Shown here one piece after another: positions 28,963-37,784 of a DNA stretch of 64,000 nucleotides. Where the stretch lies: contig VHBA01000005.1 in the NCBI GenBank assembly GCA_016872175.1, positions 9,396-73,395 on the forward strand, in the 5' to 3' direction. The notes beneath the pieces are model-generated. The model saw only the letters and a program-made list of their open reading frames with translations, did no database searches and was not told where the DNA came from. The stretch comes from Sphingomonadales bacterium. Its GTDB lineage: Bacteria > Bacteroidota > Bacteroidia > NS11-12g > UBA955. Every line of letters begins with the position of its first letter. Position 1 is the stretch's first letter. The translations under genes were made by a program, and so were the position numbers.

Positions 28963-29019
28963 TGGGTTTGCAATTGAACAAATATTTTACAAATTTTGTT
29001 CCAAAACTCCAAAACTGCC

Positions 29020-29361
29020 ATGAAAGCTGATAAAAATGATTTTTTTGCGGATGTTTATGCTGTTGTAAGGCTTATTCCATACGGCAGGGTGACGTCTTAC
29101 GGGGCTATTGCACGATATCTTGGAACAGGACGCAGCAGCCGCATGGTAGGATGGGCTATGAATAGCAGTCATGGTTTGGCGGAACCTGTGCCCGCGCATC
29201 GTGTGGTAAACAGGCTTGGGATGCTTACGGGTAAAGCGCATTTTGGCAGTGATGATGCCATGCAGAGGCTACTGGAGGCTGAAGGTATTAAGGTTGAAAA
29301 CGATTGCGTGGTGGATTTTGAACGATTGTTTTGGGATCCGGCCGGAGAGATAGGCCTTTAG
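29020..29361 (+). CDS. MGMT-family alkyltransferase-like (ATL) DNA-binding protein lacking the acceptor Cys
   Basis: It has YGRVTSYGAIARYLG, and PAHRVVN in place of the PCHRV active site. Length is 113 aa from the ATG at 29020. Confidence 0.8.
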   Translation: MKADKNDFFADVYAVVRLIPYGRVTSYGAIARYLGTGRSSRMVGWAMNSSHGLAEPVPAHRVVNRLGMLTGKAHFGSDDAMQRLLEAEGIKVENDCVVDFERLFWDPAGEIGL

Positions 29362-30095
29362 CAGCCTTTCCACCAGGGTTGCTTGGGATAGGGTGCTGTA
29401 ATCAGAATTTTTTCTAAGGTAACGGGATGGATAAATTCCAGTGAAAAGGCTTGCAGGGCAATGCTTCTGTCGGGTAGGGGCGTACCGGCTCCATATTTAA
29501 CATCGCCCAGAATGGGCATGCCGGTTTTGGCCAGTTGAGCGCGTATTTGGTGGAAACGTCCTGTTTCGAGTTGGATATTGAGAAGATAGCCGTTGGGTGC
29601 GTGTTTTAGCAGCTCGTAGTGTAGGATAGCTTCTTTGGCGCCGGCTTTGGGTTTCAGGTAGGTGAGGGCGCGGTGGGTTTTGCTGTCTTTTCCGAGGTAG
29701 TGGGTGAGGGTGTCAGCGTTTTGTGGCGGGAGGACGCTTACCAGGGCGCGGTAGGTTTTTTGGGTGGTTTTGGCGCGGAACTGCTCGTTCATACGGGCCA
29801 GGGCTTTGGAGGTGCGGGCCAGCAACACCACGCCGCTAACGGGGCGGTCCAGGCGGTGGATGAGGCCTACAAAGGCTTTACCGGGTTTGTTGTATTTGGT
29901 GGCGAGGTAATCCGAAACTACATCCAGCAGGTGGACATCGCCGGTCACATCGCCCTGTACGGCAAGTCCCGCGGGTTTATTAACGGCTATCAGGTGGTTG
30001 TCTTCATACAGTATTTCGGGTTGCACGGTGCAAAGGTCGGGAAATCTGGATTGATATGCGAACCCTCCGGGTTCGGGGGGGGGGAGTTTCTGCAC
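29358..30095 (-). CDS. RluA family pseudouridine synthase (start at GTG 30095 or GTG 30026)
   Basis: It has LIAVNKPAGLAVQ and the catalytic motif HRLDRPVSGVVLLA. The longest ORF starts at GTG 30095 and runs through a C10 tract and a REP-like hairpin. An alternative GTG at 30026 lies 4 nt after a GACCTTTG box. Confidence 0.85.
   Translation of the reverse strand: MQKLPPPEPGGFAYQSRFPDLCTVQPEILYEDNHLIAVNKPAGLAVQGDVTGDVHLLDVVSDYLATKYNKPGKAFVGLIHRLDRPVSGVVLLARTSKALARMNEQFRAKTTQKTYRALVSVLPPQNADTLTHYLGKDSKTHRALTYLKPKAGAKEAILHYELLKHAPNGYLLNIQLETGRFHQIRAQLAKTGMPILGDVKYGAGTPLPDRSIALQAFSLEFIHPVTLEKILITAPYPKQPWWKGC
30059..30075. repeat. REP-like palindromic hairpin CGAACCC-TCC-GGGTTCG
   Basis: It forms a perfect 7-bp GC-rich stem with a 3-nt loop. 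Confidence 0.7.
30075..30084. repeat. homopolymeric G10 tract (C10 on the rluA strand)
   Basis: I counted ten consecutive G directly. On the minus strand the tract encodes PPP of the longest rluA ORF. Confidence 0.95.
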
Positions 30096-30108
30096 CGTTA
30101 TAGGGATG

Positions 30109-30125
30109 TGAGCCCTCCGGGCTCA
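30109..30125. repeat. REP-like palindromic hairpin TGAGCCC-TCC-GGGCTCA
   Basis: It forms a perfect 7-bp stem and shares the CCCTCCGGG core with the hairpin at 30059. Confidence 0.7.
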
Positions 30126-30333
30126 GGATGCATCTGACTTGGTGTGCATGTATTCAAATCCTGGTTGGTTTGCGGACCACCTGGGTTCGAGTAGTCTTTC
30201 AGGTTAGAATAGGGCGTGTAATACCTACCGCTTATGTTATTTGACGGGAACTTTGTATGATAAGATTGCTTGGTTTTTGTTATGGTATCCCGTAGGGATG
30301 CCATGTCACTATTGGCTCGTTAACCCCAAAACC

Positions 30334-30350
30334 CGACCCCGGCGGGGTCG
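30334..30350. repeat. REP-like palindromic hairpin CGACCCC-GGC-GGGGTCG
   Basis: It forms a perfect 7-bp stem and lies 4 nt beyond the stop codon of the Y1 transposase gene. Confidence 0.7.
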
Positions 30351-30354
30351 CACC

Positions 30355-30834
30355 TCAAGAATCCAAACCTTTATTGAAATATTTTTCCTGATATTCAATA
30401 TCGAATTTTCTCAGAAAATCCCTGTATTCTTCTTCAAAAGTGGTTTTCCGGTGATGTTCCTTTTGGTTTTGTATATAGTTTATAACATTTTTAATTGCCG
30501 ATTGACTGTAAGAAAATGCACCATATCCTTCCTGCCAGCGAAACTGTTTTTTAATAAATTGCTTATCGTTGATAAAACCTCCTGAAGAGAACTTAACTTC
30601 TTTCACCAAATCAGACAAACGACATGATGGCTTCATACCTATCAAAATGTGGATATGATCCTCTACCCCGTTAATAGCAATAAGCTTCTGCCCTTTGGCG
30701 GTTATAATTCCGGATATGTATTTAAAAAGCTCCTCTTCCCAAGCTTCCCGGATCAGTTTTTCACGCCCACGAACAACAAAAACAAGCTGAATGTAAATCT
30801 GAGAAAATGAATCCGCCACAAAACAAATATACAT
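30355..30834 (-). CDS. IS200-like Y1 transposase / REP-associated tyrosine transposase (RAYT)-like protein
   Basis: It has SQIYIQLVFVVRGRE, the HUH motif DHIHILI, the catalytic Tyr region WQEGYGAFSYS, and INYIQNQKEHH. Confidence 0.85.
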   Translation of the reverse strand: MYICFVADSFSQIYIQLVFVVRGREKLIREAWEEELFKYISGIITAKGQKLIAINGVEDHIHILIGMKPSCRLSDLVKEVKFSSGGFINDKQFIKKQFRWQEGYGAFSYSQSAIKNVINYIQNQKEHHRKTTFEEEYRDFLRKFDIEYQEKYFNKGLDS

Positions 30835-30904
30835 AAAAATCTACATAAAAACAATAAAAATAGATAAATCGGGACGCAAATCCCGCTTTTGGCTTACATG
30901 CTCC

Positions 30905-30912
30905 TATTTTTG
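30905..30912 (+). promoter_or_regulatory. candidate -7 box TATTTTTG, 6 nt before the MATE gene start
   Basis: This is a perfect TAnnTTTG match. The TTG at 30919 follows after TAGTTC. Confidence 0.35.
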
Positions 30913-30918
30913 TAGTTC

Positions 30919-32271
30919 TTGAAACGCTTTCTTTCTCCCCACCGCCCAACGGTTATTCAGACTTTCACCCTTGCCATGCCCATCATCATGGGACAGCTGG
31001 GTATCGTGCTTATGGGTGTTGCAGATACACTGATGGTGGGGCGTTTGGGAAAAGATGTGCTGGCAGCAGCCAACCAGGCCAACAGCATTTTCTTTATGGT
31101 TTCCAGCGTCACTTTTGGGGTGATGTTTGCCATCAGTTCCCGTGTGAGTATCCAGTATGGCGAGGGTATGCGGCAGGAAACCTTTGCCACCTATAGGGCC
31201 GGGCAGGTCGCCGCCATGTTTTTATTTCTCTGTCAGTTTGTTCTTTTGGAAATTATCATCCGCAATTTTGAATGGCTGGGACAGGCAGAAAGCATTAATA
31301 GGTTAACCCCTGATTTTCTGCGCATCATCAACTATTCGGCGTTGCCTATGCTTTTGTCCACCGCATCGCGTCAATACACGGATGGTTTGGGTCATACCAA
31401 AGTGGCGATGTCCATAACCTTTGGCGGTCTTGCATTAAATGTGTTATTAAACTACGGCCTCATCTATGGCAACATGGGTTTGCCTGCCATGGGAATGCAG
31501 GGCGCAGCCTGGGCCACCCTAATAGCCCGTGTGGGAATGGCGTTATCAGGTATTTGGTATATCCGGTATTCGGGTTTTCTGGCGGCCTATCGCCCTGGCA
31601 TTGTACCATCCTGGAGCGAAATAAAAGTTCAGATGTCAGCCCTATGGAAACTGGGATTGCCTGTCGGGCTTCAAACCTTCGCCGAATGGGCCTGTTTTAG
31701 CATTTCGGGTTTGATGGTGGGATGGCTGGGAACTGCACAGGTGGCGGCACATGCTGTGGCACTTAACGTTGCATCGGTGGCGTACATGGTGGTTAGCGGA
31801 CTGGCTGTGGCCGGCAGTATACTTGTAGGTAACGCATTTGGCGAAAAGAATAGAGAGGCTATACGAAAAGTGGCACATGCCACGTTTTTTATAGTTGTAT
31901 TGTTTCAAATGTTTACCGCCGGAATTTTTATATTTTTCAGCGAACGGATTGCGGGCTGGTATGGAGTTGAGGCCGAAGTAATGCCTGTCATTTTACCATT
32001 ATTTTTATTGGCCGCGCTTTTTCAGCTGGCCGATGGAATACAAGCCGGAGCCATGAACCTATTGCGTGGTATTACCGATGTGAAATGGTCATCGCTGATT
32101 TCGGTAATATCATACTGGGTAATTTCGTTGCCGGCTTCCTATGTACTTGGAATTATGCTGGATGGAAAAGTTTTTGGTATCTGGACCGGCTTTACTCTTG
32201 GGCTTTTCATGGCCGCTGCCTTCGGTGTGTGGCGCTTTTATCATAGATTAAACAGATTATCATGGGAATAA
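30919..32271 (+). CDS. MATE family efflux transporter
   Basis: About 12 TM segments are visible. The opening TFTLAMPIIMGQLGIVLMGVADTLMVGRLG is the typical MATE TM1 region. The TTG start is tentative. Confidence 0.85.
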   Translation: MKRFLSPHRPTVIQTFTLAMPIIMGQLGIVLMGVADTLMVGRLGKDVLAAANQANSIFFMVSSVTFGVMFAISSRVSIQYGEGMRQETFATYRAGQVAAMFLFLCQFVLLEIIIRNFEWLGQAESINRLTPDFLRIINYSALPMLLSTASRQYTDGLGHTKVAMSITFGGLALNVLLNYGLIYGNMGLPAMGMQGAAWATLIARVGMALSGIWYIRYSGFLAAYRPGIVPSWSEIKVQMSALWKLGLPVGLQTFAEWACFSISGLMVGWLGTAQVAAHAVALNVASVAYMVVSGLAVAGSILVGNAFGEKNREAIRKVAHATFFIVVLFQMFTAGIFIFFSERIAGWYGVEAEVMPVILPLFLLAALFQLADGIQAGAMNLLRGITDVKWSSLISVISYWVISLPASYVLGIMLDGKVFGIWTGFTLGLFMAAAFGVWRFYHRLNRLSWE

Positions 32272-33062
32272 AACATATTTTTCTGGGATGCGGTATGCTA
32301 TTGTCTCTGTTAGGCAATGTAAGTGCACAGCGCAACAAAGACGAGCAAAATCTGCATGTGTATGTGGCTCCCAATCTTGGTTTTAGGCTGATGACCGGCT
32401 ATAAGGTCCCGGATAGATATTACGCATCCAATGCATTTTTCCGCGATTCACTTAACAAGGAAGACCGCCCGGGCCAAAACATTAATATTGGCTTGGCTTA
32501 TACCCGAAAAAAGAATGCACTGGAAGCTGTTTCGCTGGGTTTGGGATATACAACCGTGGGTTTCAGGCGCTCCATTACAGAGGTTCGGCTTGGCGATACA
32601 ATCCACCCTAAAATAGGTATTGTAGCCGGTCTTGTTGGTTCCGGTCATTTGCAAATCAATCAGGATTTTCGGTATCATTACCTTGAATTTTCTTACCTAA
32701 AAACCAAAAGCGCTGAGGGGTACAGCCGCAATCTCAAAGAATTTGATTTGTGGTGGGCCTATGGATTGTCAGCCGGGGTGCTGGTTCGCGATCGTGTAAT
32801 GGTAGAGACGCTTGGGTTTTCCCACAGCAATGGAGAAAGCAGAATTGCCGTGAAAGATGACGCCTTGCGTGGTTTTCCGGCCAATATGTGGCTGAATGTG
32901 GGCTATAAAGCCGATTACATAATGTTTAAAAAGACCAATGCCTTTGTGCATGGCCGTTTGCGTTTGCCTTTGTTGCCTTCGGCAACTGGCGCCCAAACCA
33001 TATTTTTGCCTCTGCTGGGAATTGAAGCCGGCCTGATTTTTAAGCTAAACGAAGAGAAATAA
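32262..33062 (+). CDS. hypothetical outer-membrane beta-barrel protein
   Basis: It has the signal peptide MGIKHIFLGCGMLLSLLGNVSAQ, alternating beta-strand patterns, and the terminal segment GIEAGLIFKL. Confidence 0.5.
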   Translation: MGIKHIFLGCGMLLSLLGNVSAQRNKDEQNLHVYVAPNLGFRLMTGYKVPDRYYASNAFFRDSLNKEDRPGQNINIGLAYTRKKNALEAVSLGLGYTTVGFRRSITEVRLGDTIHPKIGIVAGLVGSGHLQINQDFRYHYLEFSYLKTKSAEGYSRNLKEFDLWWAYGLSAGVLVRDRVMVETLGFSHSNGESRIAVKDDALRGFPANMWLNVGYKADYIMFKKTNAFVHGRLRLPLLPSATGAQTIFLPLLGIEAGLIFKLNEEK

Positions 33063-33065
33063 GGA

Positions 33066-34835
33066 TTACATCCTTTCTACCATGGAAATGCCCAGCAATC
33101 TGGAGGCGTTTTCCAGCGTATTGGCTGTGAATGCGGCAATCTGCAGCCGCGCTGCCCGTCTGGCAGCATCTGTTTCTTTAAGGAAGGATAATTCATTGTA
33201 CAACCGGTTGAATGCTTTTGCCAGTTCCAGGCTGTAATGTGCGATGATGGCGGGGTTAAAGTCACGACATGCGTTGTGAACGGCTTCAGGAAATCCATAA
33301 AGGCATTCCAGCGTTTCTTTTTCAGTGGGGTGCCATGCTATTTCGCTTACAGCATTCTGCCATTCCGTTCCTGCCTGCTTCAGCATGCTTTGTATGCGCG
33401 CATAGGTATAAAGCACAAAGGGTCCGGTATCGCCCTGAAAGTCGATGCTTTCCTGGGGATTGAACAGCATGCGTTTTTTGGGGTCAACTTTAAGTATGAA
33501 AAACTTCAATGCCGCCAGTCCCAGTTTTTCGCATAAAGTGTCGAGTTCAGATTCCTCCATGCCCTCAGTTTTACCCAGTTCCAGGGTTTTGGCTTTGGCT
33601 GTTTCGTGCATTTCCTCCAGCAGGTCATCAGCATCTACCACGGTTCCTTCACGGCTTTTCATTTTGCCACTGGGCAAATCCACCATGCCATAACTAAGAT
33701 GATACATGCCGGGTGCATAACTGCGACCCAGTTTTTGCATGATGAGAAACAGCACTTTAAAGTGGTAGTCTTGTTCATTTCCTACCACGTATATGCTCTT
33801 TTCGGCCCCGAATTCCCTGAATTTTTCATCGGCGGTGCCGATATCCTGGGTTATATATACGGATGTACCGTCTTTGCGCAGCACCAGTTTCTGGTCGAGT
33901 CCTTCTGCCGTCAGATCAATCCAAACCGAGCCATCGTCCTTACGGTAGAAGACGCCTTTTTCGAGTCCTTCGGCAACAATATCCTTGCCCAGGGTGTAGG
34001 TGTTGCTTTCGTAATAGAATTTATCAAAATCAACACCCAACCGCTTGTAGGTGTGCTCAAAACCTTTGTAAACCCAGCCATTCATGGTTTCCCAGAGCTT
34101 GATGACCTCCGGATTTCCGGCCTCCCACTGCCTAAGCAATTCCTGTGTTTGCTGCATTATGGGGGCTGATTTTTCAGCCCCTTCCTTATCCATGCCGCCG
34201 GCAACCAGCCCGTCTATTTCCGCCTTATATGCCTTGTCAAAAGCGACGTAATACTTTCCTACCAGGTGATCGCCTTTCATGCCGCTGCTTTCAGGCGTTT
34301 CGCCGTTGCCGAAAAGCTGCCATGCCAGCATGCTTTTGCAAATGTGTATACCGCGGTCATTGATGAGGTTTGCTTTGATAACATCATGCCCACTGGCTTT
34401 CATGATTTCAGCGATGCTGTATCCAAGCAGGTTGTTGCGAATATGCCCAAGGTGCAGCGGCTTATTGGTGTTGGGAGAAGAATATTCTACCATCACACGG
34501 CCTTCTGTTTTATTCTTCAGGCCAAATGATGTATTGTTCCAGTTTTGCTTCAGTAAATCGCACCAAACTCGGTCGCTGATGCTCAGGTTGAGAAAGCCTT
34601 TAATGACGTTATAAGCCGCAACGGGAAAGCCATTTTGGAGCAGTTTTTCTCCGATTTCGGTGGCGGTGTCCTGCGGATTCTTTTTGCTGATTCTTAGCAA
34701 AGGAAAAACCACGAACGTGTAGCTTCCCTCAAAATCTTTATTGGTTTTTTCCAGTTTTACCGCTACCGGATTTTCTCCGTACAATTCGGTGATGGCCTGA
34801 CCAATCTGCAGCGATAATTCCTGTTCAATATTCAT
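33066..34835 (-). CDS. argS: arginine--tRNA ligase
   Basis: It has SSPNTNKPLHLGHIRN (HIGH motif) and KMKSREG (KMSKS-like motif). Length is 589 aa, ending in VERM. Confidence 0.95.
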   Translation of the reverse strand: MNIEQELSLQIGQAITELYGENPVAVKLEKTNKDFEGSYTFVVFPLLRISKKNPQDTATEIGEKLLQNGFPVAAYNVIKGFLNLSISDRVWCDLLKQNWNNTSFGLKNKTEGRVMVEYSSPNTNKPLHLGHIRNNLLGYSIAEIMKASGHDVIKANLINDRGIHICKSMLAWQLFGNGETPESSGMKGDHLVGKYYVAFDKAYKAEIDGLVAGGMDKEGAEKSAPIMQQTQELLRQWEAGNPEVIKLWETMNGWVYKGFEHTYKRLGVDFDKFYYESNTYTLGKDIVAEGLEKGVFYRKDDGSVWIDLTAEGLDQKLVLRKDGTSVYITQDIGTADEKFREFGAEKSIYVVGNEQDYHFKVLFLIMQKLGRSYAPGMYHLSYGMVDLPSGKMKSREGTVVDADDLLEEMHETAKAKTLELGKTEGMEESELDTLCEKLGLAALKFFILKVDPKKRMLFNPQESIDFQGDTGPFVLYTYARIQSMLKQAGTEWQNAVSEIAWHPTEKETLECLYGFPEAVHNACRDFNPAIIAHYSLELAKAFNRLYNELSFLKETDAARRAARLQIAAFTANTLENASRLLGISMVERM

Positions 34836-34859
34836 TTTACCGCGAAAATACGCAAAATC

Positions 34860-35321
34860 TCAGGCATGGTGGTAAGCACTTCCTTTTTGAATGCTCATGG
34901 CGCGGTACAATTGCTCGCAGAGCAGCAGGCGGGCGAGGTGGTGGGTAAGGGTCATGTCGGATAAGCGGATGCAGGTGTGCACTTTCATAAATTCCGGGGT
35001 GAAGCCGTATGAACCTCCAATTCCGATAATAAGCCGTCCGCGCAGGGTGTCCAGTTTGCTTTGAATAAGGCCTGAAAATGCTGTACTTGTGAGGGTTTTA
35101 CCGTTTTCGTCGCACAACAGCACCACATCGTCGGGTTTGATGATTTTCTGTAATGTTTCGGTTTCTACCAGTTTTTGCTTCTCAGGTTCCTTGATGCGGG
35201 CAGCCGGGAGGCGCAGCAGGGTGGTTTTCCAGGGTCCGTTTAGCCGTTGCAGGTATTTTTCGCACAGCTCATCTATACCGGAATCTTTGTGGTTTTCGAT
35301 GGCGGCTATGAGGATGCTCAA
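34860..35321 (-). CDS. rlmH: 23S rRNA (pseudouridine1915-N3)-methyltransferase RlmH
   Basis: Length is 153 aa. SPOUT-type segments are IGIGGSYGF and LSDMTLTHHLARLLLCEQLYRA. Confidence 0.85.
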   Translation of the reverse strand: MSILIAAIENHKDSGIDELCEKYLQRLNGPWKTTLLRLPAARIKEPEKQKLVETETLQKIIKPDDVVLLCDENGKTLTSTAFSGLIQSKLDTLRGRLIIGIGGSYGFTPEFMKVHTCIRLSDMTLTHHLARLLLCEQLYRAMSIQKGSAYHHA

Positions 35322-35326
35322 GGCAA

Positions 35327-36289
35327 TCAGTTGTTGTTCAGGATTTCGAAAATCTTATCCAGCTTGGGTGTGAGGATGATTTCGGTACGGCGGTTTTTTG
35401 CCCTGCCTTCTGCCGAACCATTATCTGAAACAGGATTTGTTTCACCACGGCCGCTGGCGGTTATCCGAGATGGGTTCATTTTTCCGTCTTCACTCATAAT
35501 GCGCACGATGCTGGTGGCGCGCAACACACTCAAATCCCAGTTGTCTTTGATTTTCTCGCTGTTCATGGGTTTGTTGTCGGTATGTCCTTCCACGGTCACG
35601 GTCACATCGGGTTTTTTATTCAGTGCTCCGGCCAGTTTCAGCAGCGCTTCCTGACCTTTGGGATCTACACTAATGCTACCGCTTTTGAACAAAAGTTTTT
35701 CTGCCATGCTCACATATACTTTTCCGTTGCGGTATTCAACCTTTATGTCCAGCTCGTCGAAGCCGGCCAGGGCTTTGGCAATCTCATCCTTAAGGGCCCT
35801 TACAGCACTGTCTTTGCGGTTAAGTTCGCTTTCGAGCATGCGCACACGTGCGACGGTTTTTTCCAGTTCTTTGCGCAGCTTTTCCAGTTTAATGCGCTCT
35901 TCTTCTGCTTTTGCCAGGGCGTTATTCAGTTCAAGTTCTTTGGTTTGCAGGATTTTATTTTTTGTATCGAGTTCAGCCGCCAGACGTTTTTTCTGTTCAT
36001 CCAGTCTGTCGCCCAGGCCACGAATGTAGTCCTGGTTTTCAGCCAGTTTTACCCTGCAGTTGCCGAGTGAATCATGCAGAAAACCAATTCTTTTATCAAG
36101 TGCAGCTATATTACCGTCCAGTTCACTGATTTTGCCCAGGTATTCAGCGCTTTGGTTTTCGCAATCGCTTACTTTTTTATTGAGTTTCTGCTCAAGTTCC
36201 TTTTTGGAATTTTCCAGTTCCTGGTATTTTTTCTTGGTTACACAGGCGGTCAAAAACAGACCTGCCATTAACAGCCACGCATATTTCAT
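35327..36289 (-). CDS. OmpA-family lipoprotein with long coiled coil
   Basis: The start MKYAWLLMAGLFLTAC contains a lipobox. About 170 aa of heptad-rich sequence follow. The C-terminal OmpA-like domain is VEGHTDNKP...NWDLSVLRATSIVR...AEGRAKNRRTEI. Confidence 0.85.
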   Translation of the reverse strand: MKYAWLLMAGLFLTACVTKKKYQELENSKKELEQKLNKKVSDCENQSAEYLGKISELDGNIAALDKRIGFLHDSLGNCRVKLAENQDYIRGLGDRLDEQKKRLAAELDTKNKILQTKELELNNALAKAEEERIKLEKLRKELEKTVARVRMLESELNRKDSAVRALKDEIAKALAGFDELDIKVEYRNGKVYVSMAEKLLFKSGSISVDPKGQEALLKLAGALNKKPDVTVTVEGHTDNKPMNSEKIKDNWDLSVLRATSIVRIMSEDGKMNPSRITASGRGETNPVSDNGSAEGRAKNRRTEIILTPKLDKIFEILNNN

Positions 36290-36361
36290 CAGCACAAAGG
36301 TAGCAGGCATGCACACCCGCGTACTTTTGGCTTGTTAACACGTTCAATAGAGTGGACAGGC

Positions 36362-37765
36362 CTACTGATTCACAAATACCTGCAGGTTGCCTTTAGTGAG
36401 CGAGCGCACCAGCAAGGCCTCCGGCTGAATAACGTAGTCTTTGATGTCGAGATCTTGAAGACTGCCCTGCAGGCGCACGCCATAGTCCATTTTTTGGTTT
36501 AGTGAGGCGTTGATGGATTCGCGGGTAAGTTTCACCAGGTCTGATACATCAAATACCATTTGTTCTTCGAGTTTTTTACGGATAGTTTCATCCAGCAGCC
36601 ATTTGGCAGATTTTATAAGCACGTTCTTGGTAGAAATATCATACTCTACCTGTTTAAGGCTCAATTTTGAAGTTTTGGCGTTGAATTCCGGAACACTTAG
36701 CAGATAGAAAACTCCTTTGTTACTGCCGGTGAAACCCACCTCAACACCCAGTTTTTCCTTGGCAGGGAATAATTTAATGTAGGTAACTTTAATTTTCTTA
36801 CTCCCCATTTCAAAAATCTGATCTTTAATGGTGCTGTATACCTGCGCTGATAAGGTGTCGTAGTTCAGATACAAGTCGGTATACACTTCAAAACCTGAAC
36901 TTTTTTTGTATGGCGATAAATTGGGCAGATCTGCAGGCAGGGCAGAGGTGGGGTTGGGTGCTATAACAGGAGCTGCTTTGAGGCCTACTGAAAAACTCAG
37001 TTGAGATCCGTTCATGCTGATTTCGCCCAGACTTATTTCCTTGGGCTGAAAACGCATATAGCCTGCCATATCAATTTTGATTTCCTCCTGCAGCGCATCC
37101 CAAATCGGCTTAATGTAGGGTTTTAGGTTTTGTTTGGCCACCTCTGCATCAATCATGCCTGCAAACTGTATTAGGTAGGGTTTTAGCTGGCTTTGAAGAA
37201 TGCTGTTAATGTTAATATTGGCAAACGTTACTTCGCAGGGGTCAATGGTTTTAATATCGGTAAATCTGGAGGAAGATTTTACCTGGTAATTGGGCAGAAT
37301 ATCGATATCGGAAGAAAGTTTTACGTTCACACGTCTAAGTTTTTCATTCCATCCGCAAGAGAAAGGAATGGGAGGGTTTACGCAGGTCTCAAAAAGACAT
37401 GCTGCGCAGTATTCGCCCTTAAAACCATAGGCCATATCCAGGTTAAGATTGACGGTTTTTCCTGTTCCTGAAATCTGTATGGGTTCTCTTTTTACTTTGT
37501 AATCATAGCGGAGTCCGGAGCATGGTTTATCACTGCCTTTAAATTCTTTGTCAAATGCGTCATCCGCCAATTTGAACAGGGGTTTCATTTCCACTTTGAT
37601 GGGAATATGAATGGTGGATACAATTGGTGGTAATTGTTTGGGTGCCAGTGTCTGATTGGCATTGGCGGGTTGCTTGGGTTTGATGCTGCTGCAAGCCTGA
37701 ATAATCAAGACGGTCAAAAGGAATGTCAGCTTTGAGAAATGTTTTCTAAACATAGGAAGCGTCAT
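36362..37765 (-). CDS. hypothetical lipoprotein (DUF4403-like)
   Basis: The lipobox is in LTVLIIQACSS. The start is ATG 37765 or ATG 37753. The family assignment comes from memory of overall size and pattern only. Confidence 0.5.
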   Translation of the reverse strand: MTLPMFRKHFSKLTFLLTVLIIQACSSIKPKQPANANQTLAPKQLPPIVSTIHIPIKVEMKPLFKLADDAFDKEFKGSDKPCSGLRYDYKVKREPIQISGTGKTVNLNLDMAYGFKGEYCAACLFETCVNPPIPFSCGWNEKLRRVNVKLSSDIDILPNYQVKSSSRFTDIKTIDPCEVTFANININSILQSQLKPYLIQFAGMIDAEVAKQNLKPYIKPIWDALQEEIKIDMAGYMRFQPKEISLGEISMNGSQLSFSVGLKAAPVIAPNPTSALPADLPNLSPYKKSSGFEVYTDLYLNYDTLSAQVYSTIKDQIFEMGSKKIKVTYIKLFPAKEKLGVEVGFTGSNKGVFYLLSVPEFNAKTSKLSLKQVEYDISTKNVLIKSAKWLLDETIRKKLEEQMVFDVSDLVKLTRESINASLNQKMDYGVRLQGSLQDLDIKDYVIQPEALLVRSLTKGNLQVFVNQ

Positions 37766-37784
37766 TTTAAGAAAAGTTACAAAT

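Larger units (their letters stand above)
30334..30885 (-). mobile_element. IS200/IS605-family-like Y1 (HUH) transposase unit, RAYT-like, with flanking hairpins
   Basis: A single tnpA-like gene is bounded by the hairpin at 30334-30350 on its 3' side and by CGGGA-CGCAAA-TCCCG (30870-30885) on its 5' side. There is no tnpB. Further similar hairpins lie at 30059 and 30109. Confidence 0.45.

Noticed and set aside
30140-30195. tRNA-like T-arm fragments (TTCAAATCC, GGGTTCGAG) between the REP-like hairpins
   Set aside because: No acceptor, D or anticodon arms can be folded around them. They more likely belong to the degenerate REP-like repeats.
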